Positions 8,260 through 16,828 of a stretch of 64,000 bases of DNA are shown here, one piece after another (the stretch's first letter is position 1; every line of letters begins with the position of its first letter). The DNA is from an uncultured Rhodospirillales bacterium. GTDB lineage: Bacteria > Pseudomonadota > Alphaproteobacteria > ATCC43930 > CGMCC-115725. The position numbers and the translations under genes are program-made. The DNA is taken from positions 432 through 64,431 of the forward strand of contig CAIJOA010000049.1 in NCBI GenBank assembly GCA_903822185.1, written 5' to 3'. The notes below the pieces were generated by a model. It was given only the letters and a program-made list of their open reading frames with translations. It did not search any database and was not told where the DNA came from.

Positions 8260-9123
8260 ATGTCGATCACCCTCGGCAGTGCGACCAGTTCAAACCTGCT
8301 CGCCTTGCAAAACATCAACTCTCAGCTCTCCACGACCCAGAACCATCTCTCGACCGGCCTTGCTGTCGCTTCCGCGACCGACGATGCCGTCAAATATTTC
8401 CAAGCGCAGTCATTGACCGGTCGTGCGACCGATCTGTCCACTCGTAAAGACGCGATCTCGCAGGGCATTCAATCCCTGACGGCCGCCACCAACGGTCTCT
8501 CCAGCGTCGTCTCGATCCTGCAGCAGCTGCAGGGCGTCGTGAACGGTGCCGCCACCCAGACCGCCTCGCAGCGCTCCTCGTCGGCCACGCAGTTCAATAC
8601 TTTGAGCCAGCAGCTGACGACCTTGCTGAATGACTCGAGCTATCAGGGCCTCAACCTCGTCAATTCGACCGCGTCGAACCTGACGCTGCAGTTCAGCATC
8701 ACCTCGACCTCGACGCTGAAGATCAACGGCCAGAACCTCTTGTTCTCGAAGCTCGTCACCGGCGGCAAGGCTCTCGGCAAGGGCTCGGTCGCGGCAACGA
8801 CCCTGCTCACGGTCAAATTCTCGGCCGTGAGCAACAAGATCTCGAAGTTCACGGTCCTCTACAACGCGCTGCAGACCGCGGTTTTCAAAGCCCAGGCTTC
8901 AGCCCAGACCTTGGGTACCAACGTGAACTTCCTTCAGACGCGCCTTTCCTTCACCTCGCAATACATCAACACGCTGAATGGCGGTGCCTCGGCTCTGACG
9001 GTCGCTGACGTCAACCAGGAATCGACCAACCTCGTGACGTTGCAGACCCGCCAACAGCTGGCCATCCAGTCGTTGTCGATCGCGACGTCGTCCGAACAGG
9101 CCGTCCTCCGCTTGTTCCACTAA
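8260..9123 (+). CDS. Flagellin, paralog 2
   Basis: 287 aa, roughly 90% identical in protein to paralog 1 by eye, but with many synonymous nucleotide differences. Confidence 0.93.
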   Translation: MSITLGSATSSNLLALQNINSQLSTTQNHLSTGLAVASATDDAVKYFQAQSLTGRATDLSTRKDAISQGIQSLTAATNGLSSVVSILQQLQGVVNGAATQTASQRSSSATQFNTLSQQLTTLLNDSSYQGLNLVNSTASNLTLQFSITSTSTLKINGQNLLFSKLVTGGKALGKGSVAATTLLTVKFSAVSNKISKFTVLYNALQTAVFKAQASAQTLGTNVNFLQTRLSFTSQYINTLNGGASALTVADVNQESTNLVTLQTRQQLAIQSLSIATSSEQAVLRLFH

Positions 9124-9149
9124 AACTGAAAGCTAAGTTCGGCTTGTGG

Positions 9150-9178
9150 TGGGCGGCCTTCGGGCCGCCCATTTCATT
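9150..9178 (+). terminator. Rho-independent terminator after flagellin 2
   Basis: tgggcggcc-ttcg-ggccgccca followed by tttcattt. Confidence 0.75.
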
Positions 9179-9253
9179 TGGGCTCATTAAGTAAATCTTG
9201 ACCCTTAAGGCCTACAAAGAGGGCCTCAGTTCCTCTTAACCAAGAGCAGTAGA

Positions 9254-9667
9254 ATGCCGCTCACGATCAATCTAAAACCGCGCGAGCGGCTCATCGTCAA
9301 TGGCGTCGTGATCGAGAACTCTGGGCAGATTGCCAAGATTCTGATCCACAACAACGCCGCCCTTCTTCGTGAAAAAGACATCATTACCGAAGAGCAGGCC
9401 ACCACGCCCGCTCGGAGGATATATTTCGCCATTCAGTGCGAATACCTGTTCCCCGGCAAAGATGATCTATTTTTACCGATAATTTATCGGTTTCTTACAG
9501 AGTTCGAATTGGCCGCGCCGAGCGCAAGTGGGGCGGTCCAGGAAATTCGAACCTTCGTCGAGTCCGGACAGCATTACCGGGCACTGAAAGCGGCGAAGTT
9601 ATTGATTGCGAGAGAACAGGAGATTCTAAATGACGTTGCAAACGAAGGCGTATCCAAGGGCTCCTGA
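9254..9667 (+). CDS. flbT: Flagellin synthesis regulator FlbT
   Basis: The N-terminus MPLTINLKPRERLIVNGVVIENSG is the characteristic FlbT start. About 137 aa, and it sits next to flaF and the flagellins. Confidence 0.85.
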   Translation: MPLTINLKPRERLIVNGVVIENSGQIAKILIHNNAALLREKDIITEEQATTPARRIYFAIQCEYLFPGKDDLFLPIIYRFLTEFELAAPSASGAVQEIRTFVESGQHYRALKAAKLLIAREQEILNDVANEGVSKGS

Positions 9668-10052
9668 GCCGGGCAATCCGGCTCGTACGGAAGCCTGGGC
9701 GCTTCTCGAGGCGGCGCGCCAGTTGCATCAGACCAAAGATGCACCGATCGAAGAATTCCGTACGGCATTGCGCCGGAATTGGCGGCTTTGGACGATCTTC
9801 CAGGCCAGCCTGTCCGAACCCGATTGCACCGTACCGGGACCGATCCGCAGCAATCTTTTGGGATTGTCCAATTTTGTCGATCGCCAGACGGCCGAACTTC
9901 TGGCCGTACGCGATGCGAAAAAGATCGACGTGCTGGTGAATATCAACCGGCAGATCAGCGAAGGTCTGTTGGAAGGTCAGCGGGCAGGGACGCGCAGCGG
10001 GACAACCCCGACGCAAGCTCCGGCCAGCCGCCAACTCGCCGAATCTGCTTAA
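9630..10052 (+). CDS. flaF: Flagellar biosynthesis regulator FlaF
   Basis: 140 aa. AYPRA...RTEAWALLEAARQL...LRRNWRLWTIFQASL resembles the FlaF family. It overlaps the flbT 3' end by 38 nt. Confidence 0.8.
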   Translation: MTLQTKAYPRAPEPGNPARTEAWALLEAARQLHQTKDAPIEEFRTALRRNWRLWTIFQASLSEPDCTVPGPIRSNLLGLSNFVDRQTAELLAVRDAKKIDVLVNINRQISEGLLEGQRAGTRSGTTPTQAPASRQLAESA

Positions 10053-10067
10053 AACAGAGATCAAGCC

Positions 10068-11879
10068 ATGATGCCGGTTGCACAGCCGGACGGCATGAAT
10101 GCCAGTGCCGAAGTCCTCCGCCAGGCGATCGCTCGTCTCAATGACGGCGAGCCCGGCGAAGCACTGGCCCTTCTGCAACCGTTGCTCGTCGATCTGACAC
10201 CGAGCGTCGAAGCGCGTTTCGCGCTGGCGATGACGGCGTGGAAGCTCGATCGTCTCGATTGGGCACTCTCGATTCTTCAGCAATGTCATGAAGATGCGCC
10301 GGATAACGGCAGCGTCGCCGAAACCTTGGCGTCTCTCTATGGTCAACTCGGCAATCTTCGCGAAAGTCTTTTCACCGGCAAGCTTGCGACGGCTCTCGGC
10401 TCAGACGCGGCGATCGCGTCGCTGGTGCCGGCACGTTTTCCGGCCTTCGAACATGCCTTTCTCTCGATCGTCGAACATCCCTTGTTGGGCAAGGCGCGCC
10501 GCGCCCTGGCCGATGGCAAGATCGCCGACGCCGTCGAGAAATCACGCCAACATGTCGCCATCGAACCTGATCATCTCGAGGGACGGCGCTTTCATGCTGC
10601 GGTTCTGATGCGGACCGGCGCACCGGCGGCGGCAATCGATGCGCTTGCAGTCACGGCCGAACAAGGTTTGAACCCCGATCTCGCGACGATCTATGCCCGC
10701 GCGCTGGCAGCAGCCGGCGAAAAGGAAGATTCACGGCAATGGTACGACGTTGCCTTGGCGTCGGCGCCGGATGACGCGGCGATTGCCGCTGCGCCCATCG
10801 CTGATGCGGTTTGGCTCGGCAACGATCGGTCGCACGCACTGAGCCTGTCGCAAGACTGGGCTTCGCGTTTCGCGACCGGTGCGAAAGCACCGGTACGAAA
10901 CTCCGCTTCGGCCCCAAAGCTGGTCATCGGTTATCTGGTTTCGGCTTTCGTTGATTCAAAGGACGCTGCCGCGGTTGCCGCCGTGGCTCGGGCCCATGAT
11001 CGTGCCCGCGTGACCGTGCTCGGTTACGGCATCGGGCCTTATACGTCGGAAGAAAACAACGCTTTGACCGGTGCGTTTGCGCGGTGGCGGGATATCGGCC
11101 CGCTCGATCCGGCGACGTTGGCCCGGACTTGGTCCGGTGACGGTGTCGATGTTCTGGTCGATGCGTCCGGCTTTTCCGCGCCGAAACAACTTCAGGCGCT
11201 TGCGCGTTGCACCAATGCGGTTCGCGTCTCGTGGTTCGGCAATCCCGGCGGGATCGGCGCACCTTTCTATGATGCGAGCCTCGGCGTTGCGGATTATCCC
11301 GTGCTGCCGATGGCCGCGAAAACGGCTGCGCCGTCTGGCGACACTATCGCCTTCGGTGCGGATGTTGTTTTGCCGCAGTTGGACGAGGAAACCGTCGCGC
11401 TTTGGTCGTCCATTCTGACGCAAGTGCCGCAGGCGCATCTCTTGCTGCGCGCGAATGATTTAGCCGCCGGCGCCAACGTCACACGATTGATCCGCCGTTT
11501 CGGCGAAACGCTCGCCGCCCGTATCGATATTCGCCAAGCGGCTTCCAGTGCCGAATTCTACGCGGCGGTCGATATCGCCTTATTGCCGTGCCTGGGGGCG
11601 TCGCCGCGGGTCGCCGCAGATGCCTTGGCGAACGGCGTGCCGGTTGTCGCTTTGAAAGGCGAGGGGCCGCTGAAGCCGTTCGGCGATTTCGTCGAAGGCC
11701 ATGGTCTTGGCAAGCGCTTCGTCGCCGCGGATGACGACCATTATCGCAATATCGCGCTGTCGCTGGCCGCATCGCCGGTCGCACGCATTCTTCCCGCGAT
11801 CGAAACCGGAGCCGAGCGTTTGGCGCAGGCCGTCGAGGAACTGGCCGCGGCGATCAATCGGCAAGGAGCCGCCGCATGA
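10068..11879 (+). CDS. TPR-repeat protein with C-terminal GT41 (SPINDLY/OGT-like) glycosyltransferase domain; FlmG-like candidate flagellin glycosyltransferase
   Basis: 603 aa with N-terminal TPR-like helices. The C-terminal pattern KLVIGYLVSAF...RVTVLGYG...GVDVLVDASGFSAPKQLQALARCTNAVRVSWFGNPGGIGAPFYD matches my memory of GT41 enzymes. The stop overlaps the maf start (ATGA). Confidence 0.7.
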   Translation: MMPVAQPDGMNASAEVLRQAIARLNDGEPGEALALLQPLLVDLTPSVEARFALAMTAWKLDRLDWALSILQQCHEDAPDNGSVAETLASLYGQLGNLRESLFTGKLATALGSDAAIASLVPARFPAFEHAFLSIVEHPLLGKARRALADGKIADAVEKSRQHVAIEPDHLEGRRFHAAVLMRTGAPAAAIDALAVTAEQGLNPDLATIYARALAAAGEKEDSRQWYDVALASAPDDAAIAAAPIADAVWLGNDRSHALSLSQDWASRFATGAKAPVRNSASAPKLVIGYLVSAFVDSKDAAAVAAVARAHDRARVTVLGYGIGPYTSEENNALTGAFARWRDIGPLDPATLARTWSGDGVDVLVDASGFSAPKQLQALARCTNAVRVSWFGNPGGIGAPFYDASLGVADYPVLPMAAKTAAPSGDTIAFGADVVLPQLDEETVALWSSILTQVPQAHLLLRANDLAAGANVTRLIRRFGETLAARIDIRQAASSAEFYAAVDIALLPCLGASPRVAADALANGVPVVALKGEGPLKPFGDFVEGHGLGKRFVAADDDHYRNIALSLAASPVARILPAIETGAERLAQAVEELAAAINRQGAAA

Positions 11880-13840
11880 CCGATCCCATCAAGTCACGCG
11901 CGGCGTTCGCCGAACGTTTCCCGAAGATCATCGAAAATCTGGATCGGCCCGGCGCGATCACCTCGTCGCTGATCGTCGAAAATGGTGTCGTCGTCGATGC
12001 GATGGTCAACGACACGCGTCTTTATGGCGGCGATGCGAAAAATTTCACCGCCCATCAGGTCGAATCTTTTCTCGCCAAACCGCTGCGTCTTTTCATGGAT
12101 CGCCCGACCACGGCCGGGCTCGTCAGCCCGATTTGCGTCGATCTCCATGATGCGCTGGGTCAATTTCTGATCAAACACGGCGGCGACGAAATCAGCAGCC
12201 ATGTTTCGAACAGCCCCAGCTTTCTCGTCGTTTTCGGCCTGGGCCTCGGCCATCACCTGAAGGATCTGAGCCACGGCACCAAGGCGCGTTGGCTGATCGT
12301 CGTCGAACCGATGATCGATTTCATCGAGCATTCGTTCCAAACCGTCGATTGGACGGAGATTTTCGCCCATTTCGAAAGCCAAGGCGGCGGCGTTCATATC
12401 GTCACCGAACTCGATCCTGGCAAAATGGCCTCGGCGATCGTCCGCTTCATGTCGGAGCAGGGCATTCCCTACGTCGATGGCAGCCACATCTTCACCCACT
12501 ACCCGTTCTGGGCTTTCGCCGAAGGCCGCAACCGCTTGTATGAAGCTATCAAATTCGCCTTCATCAATCGCGGCTTCTTCGAAGACGAATTGATCATGAT
12601 GACCAACGCGGTGACGAATTTCGCCGCGGCGCCATTCTGGCTGCTGGAAGGCCGTCCGCGTCTCCATCGTCCCGAACTGGCGGTGATCGTCGGCGCGGGT
12701 CCGTCGCTGGACGAGGCTTTGCCGCGTCTGTGGGAAATCCGCGATCGTGTTGTGCTGTTCTCCGCCGGGACTGCCTTGCGGCCCTTGCTGCGCAACGGCT
12801 TCGTGCCGGATTTCCATTGCGAGCTGGAGAATGTTCCGGCCGCCTTTGATGCTATTTGCGAAGCGGGAAAATACGGCGACCTGTCGAAGATCAGCTTGAT
12901 CGCTTCGGCAACGGTCGATCCGCGCGTTCCTTCGAAATTCGCCGAAACGATTTATTTCTTCCGCGACAGCGTCAGCTCAACCCAATTATTGGGCGAGAAG
13001 CATCTGCCGATCACTGGCGCGACGCCGACGTGCGTCAACATGGCGGTCTCGATGGCCGCTTTTATGGGCTTCACCGACATGGCGCTGTTCGGCGCCGATT
13101 GCGGCGTACGCGTCGGCGGCGCCGATCACGCCAGCGATACGATCTATCGCGATGTCGAAAAATATAAAACCGAGAACACCGCCGCGCGCTTCCCGATCGA
13201 GGTCGAAGGCAATTTCGGCGGTATCGCACGTAGCAACTGGATTTATGACTCTTGCCGCCTGATGCTGGCCGAAGTCGTCCAACAGCGCAGCCTCAATGTC
13301 TTCAACGGCAGCGACGGCGCATTCGTCCCGGGCACCGTGCCGCGCGTTCCGGAATCAATCGAGCCAACGACCGGCCCGTTGGATCATGCCGACATCCGCG
13401 CTGCCTTGAAGCGCGCGATGGAACGTTTCACTCCGGCCGCGATCTTCGCCGAAACCGACATCGTCGCGATCGGCAATCAGACGGCCGAGATGTTCAAGGG
13501 GCTCGACGAGGTGCTGAACCGTTTGGGCCAAGGTACGCCTGATTTTGCGGTTGCCTATCGCGAGGTCATGGATTTCATCGACACCGCACACAAGCATTAC
13601 GGCAAGGCGGACTCATTGATTGGTGGGACGCTGCAAGCCTTGCCACGTATCGCGATGTTCTTCGGCTTCCGTGTCGCCGATCCCGAGCTGCGTAAACGCC
13701 TCTATGACTTGTTCATTGCCGAATTCAAACGGACCGCGGCCGAAATGTCGGCCGAGACGGAAACGTTGTTCGCCAAATTGACGGCGATAACCGGCGACCT
13801 CGATCAAGATCAACCAGAGCCGATTAGCCTCGCCGGCTGA
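11876..13840 (+). CDS. maf: Motility accessory factor (Maf / DUF115, MptE-like) putative flagellin nonulosonic-acid transferase
   Basis: 654 aa. VIVGAGPSLDE...VLFSAGTALRPLLRNGFVPDFHCELE is the DUF115/Maf core motif, and the size is typical of Maf proteins. Confidence 0.8.
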   Translation: MTDPIKSRAAFAERFPKIIENLDRPGAITSSLIVENGVVVDAMVNDTRLYGGDAKNFTAHQVESFLAKPLRLFMDRPTTAGLVSPICVDLHDALGQFLIKHGGDEISSHVSNSPSFLVVFGLGLGHHLKDLSHGTKARWLIVVEPMIDFIEHSFQTVDWTEIFAHFESQGGGVHIVTELDPGKMASAIVRFMSEQGIPYVDGSHIFTHYPFWAFAEGRNRLYEAIKFAFINRGFFEDELIMMTNAVTNFAAAPFWLLEGRPRLHRPELAVIVGAGPSLDEALPRLWEIRDRVVLFSAGTALRPLLRNGFVPDFHCELENVPAAFDAICEAGKYGDLSKISLIASATVDPRVPSKFAETIYFFRDSVSSTQLLGEKHLPITGATPTCVNMAVSMAAFMGFTDMALFGADCGVRVGGADHASDTIYRDVEKYKTENTAARFPIEVEGNFGGIARSNWIYDSCRLMLAEVVQQRSLNVFNGSDGAFVPGTVPRVPESIEPTTGPLDHADIRAALKRAMERFTPAAIFAETDIVAIGNQTAEMFKGLDEVLNRLGQGTPDFAVAYREVMDFIDTAHKHYGKADSLIGGTLQALPRIAMFFGFRVADPELRKRLYDLFIAEFKRTAAEMSAETETLFAKLTAITGDLDQDQPEPISLAG

Positions 13841-13869
13841 TCGATCTTTCGTATCCTCCGACCCAAATG

Positions 13870-13910
13870 AAAACGGCGCCGCGAAAAAGCGGCGCCGTTT
13901 TTTGTTTTTG
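13870..13910. terminator. Bidirectional rho-independent terminator between convergent maf and the 291-aa gene
   Basis: aaaacggcgccgc-gaaaaa-gcggcgccgttttttg: perfect 10-bp GC stem flanked by an A-run and a T-run. Confidence 0.85.
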
Positions 13911-13922
13911 TGTTTGGAAGGG

Positions 13923-14798
13923 TTAGGCGAAGAGCGAGAGGATCGCGTTGGAGCTTGTCGCTGCGCTGTTCGTGCCGGCGGTTAGGGTCGCGTTGCTGGC
14001 GAGGACGCTGAAGGCCGAGCTTTGCGTCGCAATCGGCGTTGTCTGGCTGATGATGCTCTGCGCCAACTGGCTGGTCTTACTGAGATTGAGCTGAATCAGA
14101 TGAATCTGATTCTGCATGTTGGTTTGCAACTGCGCGATCTGCGCGGTGATGGCCGCAGAACTGGCGTTTTGGGTCTGGCTCTGCAGCGTCTGCAGCGCGT
14201 TCACTTGGCCGTTAAGTTCCTGCACCTTGCTGCCGGCAAGGGTTTGGTTCGCCGAGGTGGCGGCGGAAACGGGCTGTACCAAATTCGCTGCCGCGGTCAC
14301 GGCGGCGACGGCGGCAGCCTGACCCTCAGGAGTAGAAAGATCATAGCTCGCGGCCGTATCGACACTGAGACCGTTGGCCTTGAGTTGCGTGATGCCGTCA
14401 GGCTGGAAAATCGCGTTGTACGTCGCTGGTGTCAGGTTCGACAGATCGGTGTTTGCAGCGGTAATCGCATCGTCGAACGCCTGGTTGTCCCCATTATTCG
14501 CGGCGACGGTAGCGGCGATAAGCTGTTGACCCAAATCGCCGAGATTGTTGGTGTTGTTGCCGTATTGGCTCTGGACCGCGCTATAGGCGCCTTGCTGCGC
14601 CGTCAACGCCTTGATCCGCGACGCCGTTAAATTAACCGACACCTGATCCTGCGAGCCCTGCAGCACCGCGATCTTGCGATTGACCTCGTTCTGCAACGAG
14701 TTCGTGATCGCGGCGAGCTGAATCTTCTGCGTCGTCTGCGCCTGAATTTGCGCAGTACTCGCGAGAAGACCAAAGGGATTGAGGATGCCGGTTGTCAT
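13923..14798 (-). CDS. Hypothetical Gln/Ala/Thr/Ser-rich protein with axial-protein-like heptad termini (unassigned)
   Basis: 291 aa with no Cys or Trp. The helical N-terminus reads QIQAQTTQKIQLAAITNSLQNEVNRKIAVLQ and the C-terminus ends SSNAILSLFA, echoing the ...VLKLFH end of the neighbouring flagellins. It is last in the pseB-pseC-cytidylyltransferase gene string. Confidence 0.6.
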   Translation of the reverse strand: MTTGILNPFGLLASTAQIQAQTTQKIQLAAITNSLQNEVNRKIAVLQGSQDQVSVNLTASRIKALTAQQGAYSAVQSQYGNNTNNLGDLGQQLIAATVAANNGDNQAFDDAITAANTDLSNLTPATYNAIFQPDGITQLKANGLSVDTAASYDLSTPEGQAAAVAAVTAAANLVQPVSAATSANQTLAGSKVQELNGQVNALQTLQSQTQNASSAAITAQIAQLQTNMQNQIHLIQLNLSKTSQLAQSIISQTTPIATQSSAFSVLASNATLTAGTNSAATSSNAILSLFA

Positions 14799-14848
14799 GA
14801 TTTTACGGGGTCAGGATGCGCCTGGTTGCCTTTATGGACTCTTAAGGG

Positions 14849-15577
14849 TCAGCGCTGGTGCCGGAACTGATTTATGAGAGCCAATTCGGGCTCGCGGTTC
14901 AACAATTGGGCGACAGTGCGCCATGCCGGGAACGCATCATTGGCCGGCAGCCGGTCATAAACTGCGCGCAGAAAGGCCAAATCCTCGGGATAATCGAGCG
15001 TCCAGCGCTGCGTCGTCAGCGCGCCGCCAGGGCCGGGAAGGTTAACGCGGCGATAAGATTCGTTCCGGCGGATCCAGGGGGTCACATGCTCGTGATCTTC
15101 GGGAAGGGTGGCGGTCGCGATCGCTTCGTCCAGGGCGGCGATAGTGAAGGCCTCGCAATCGAGTCCATGCGGCCAAGAGGGCGGCATGTTGTTCGAGGCA
15201 TAGTCGGCCTTTAGTTCTTGGCGAAGCCGCAAGACGTCGGCACAAACTTCAGGATCGATCAACGGGCAATCGCTGGTCACGCGCAGCACGACATCGGCAT
15301 TCGCGGCATGGGCGGCGCCGTGATAGCGGGCGAGCACATCGCGTTCCGAACCGCGATAGACAGGAAAACCGAGATGATCGGCCAGACTGGCAACTTCGTC
15401 ACCGTCTTTGCCCTCGACCGTCGCGCAAACGACATCATCGGCTCCGTCGATGGCGCGACAGCGGCGCAGGACATGTTCGAGAACTGTGGCAGTGCCGAGA
15501 GATTCGAGAACTTTGCCGGGGAGGCGGCTCGAGCCGACGCGGGCCTGGATGATGCAGACGGTGCGGGCGGCGTTCAT
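14849..15577 (-). CDS. SpsF-type sugar cytidylyltransferase (candidate CMP-nonulosonate synthetase)
   Basis: VCIIQARVGSSRLPGKVL...VYRGSERDVLARY...RVTSDCPLIDP are motifs of the SpsF / acylneuraminate cytidylyltransferase-like family. It lies downstream of pseC. Confidence 0.7.
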   Translation of the reverse strand: MNAARTVCIIQARVGSSRLPGKVLESLGTATVLEHVLRRCRAIDGADDVVCATVEGKDGDEVASLADHLGFPVYRGSERDVLARYHGAAHAANADVVLRVTSDCPLIDPEVCADVLRLRQELKADYASNNMPPSWPHGLDCEAFTIAALDEAIATATLPEDHEHVTPWIRRNESYRRVNLPGPGGALTTQRWTLDYPEDLAFLRAVYDRLPANDAFPAWRTVAQLLNREPELALINQFRHQR

Positions 15578-15583
15578 GGCGAG

Positions 15584-16828
15584 TTAGGGAGCGACGCGGC
15601 GCATCGCGCCGGCACCCATGCCGAGAAGGTCGCCCAACGTTTCAACGACCCGATCGACGTCTTGCTCATCCATGCCGACGAACAGCGGCAGCGATAGGGT
15701 GTTGCGGTAATAGGTTTCGGCGCCCGGCAGCGCGGTCTCGCCGTAGCGGTCGCGGTAATAGGGATGGCGGTGGACCGGGATGTAATGAACCTGGCTGCGG
15801 ATGCCTTGCGCTTCGAGCGCGCGCATAAGCTGACCACGGGACAGCGGGCTCGCGGCGAAATCGATCCGCACGCTGTAGAGATGCCAGGACGCGACGCAAT
15901 TCTGTCGCCGCGCAATCGGCTGCACCATCGGCGACAACGCGCCCAGCAAATAGTCATACCGCGCGGCAAGGCGACGCCGGGTATCGACGAAATGGCCGAG
16001 TTTTTTCAACTGGCTGTGGGCGAGGGCCGCGTTGATGTCGCTGAGCCGGTAATTGAGGCCGAGATCGGTCATCTCGTAATACCAAGGATTGACCTCGGCG
16101 TGATCGAACCCGGCTTCTTTGTCTTTGAATTGGTCGGCATCCCGATTGACGCCGTGATTGCGGAATTGCGCCAGACGCCGGGCGATATCGGGATTGCGCG
16201 TCAGCGCCGCGCCGCCTTCGCCGGCGGCGATGGTCTTGACCGGATGAAATGAGAAAACCGTGATGTCGCTGTCGATGCAAGCGCCGACCGGATGCCAGCT
16301 TCCGTCTTCGCGGCGATAGCGGGTGCCGAGCGCATGGCAGGAATCTTCGACGACCGTCATGCCTTCCGCATGGGCGCGGGCGGCGATGGCTTCGATATCG
16401 ACGCATTGCCCGGCGAGATCGACCGGGAAGACAGCCGCTGCTTGGCGTCCGTTCTTGCGCGCGCGGGCCAGCGCTTCTTCGAACTGAGAAAGACCCATCA
16501 GGCCGTTGGTCGGATCACAGTCGGCGAACACCACTTCCGCGCCAGCATGACGCGCGGCGTTGGCAGTCGCGGCAAAGGTCATGGTCGGCACGATCACGCT
16601 ATGATCGGGGCCGATGCCGAGGGCAAGGTTAGCGAGGTGAAGCGCGGCGGTGCCGTTGCTGCAACTGATCGCATGCGGCGCTTCGCATTGTGCCGCAAGG
16701 GCTTCTTCAAAGCTGCGGACGCTCGGGCCGGTGGTCAGCCAATCGCCGCGCAGGACGGCGGTGACGGCGGCGATGTCGTCTTCGTCGATCGCGTGCCGGC
16801 TATAGGGAAGCGGCAGGCCGTTCAACAT
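15584..16828 (-). CDS. pseC: DegT/DnrJ/EryC1-type PLP aminotransferase, PseC-like (UDP-4-amino-4,6-dideoxy sugar aminotransferase)
   Basis: I place the start at ATG 16828 (MLNGLPLPYSRHAIDEDDIAAVTAVLRGDWLTTGP), which overlaps the pseB stop as TAATG. The longer ORF to 16957 would overlap pseB heavily. FHPVKTIAAGEGGA carries the PLP-binding lysine motif. Confidence 0.85.
   Translation of the reverse strand: MLNGLPLPYSRHAIDEDDIAAVTAVLRGDWLTTGPSVRSFEEALAAQCEAPHAISCSNGTAALHLANLALGIGPDHSVIVPTMTFAATANAARHAGAEVVFADCDPTNGLMGLSQFEEALARARKNGRQAAAVFPVDLAGQCVDIEAIAARAHAEGMTVVEDSCHALGTRYRREDGSWHPVGACIDSDITVFSFHPVKTIAAGEGGAALTRNPDIARRLAQFRNHGVNRDADQFKDKEAGFDHAEVNPWYYEMTDLGLNYRLSDINAALAHSQLKKLGHFVDTRRRLAARYDYLLGALSPMVQPIARRQNCVASWHLYSVRIDFAASPLSRGQLMRALEAQGIRSQVHYIPVHRHPYYRDRYGETALPGAETYYRNTLSLPLFVGMDEQDVDRVVETLGDLLGMGAGAMRRVAP

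Noticed and set aside
14799-14848. GGCAACCAGGCGCA (minus strand) as a sigma54 promoter for the 291-aa gene
   Set aside because: The GG to GC spacing is 9, not 10. The gene is more simply co-transcribed with the pse genes.
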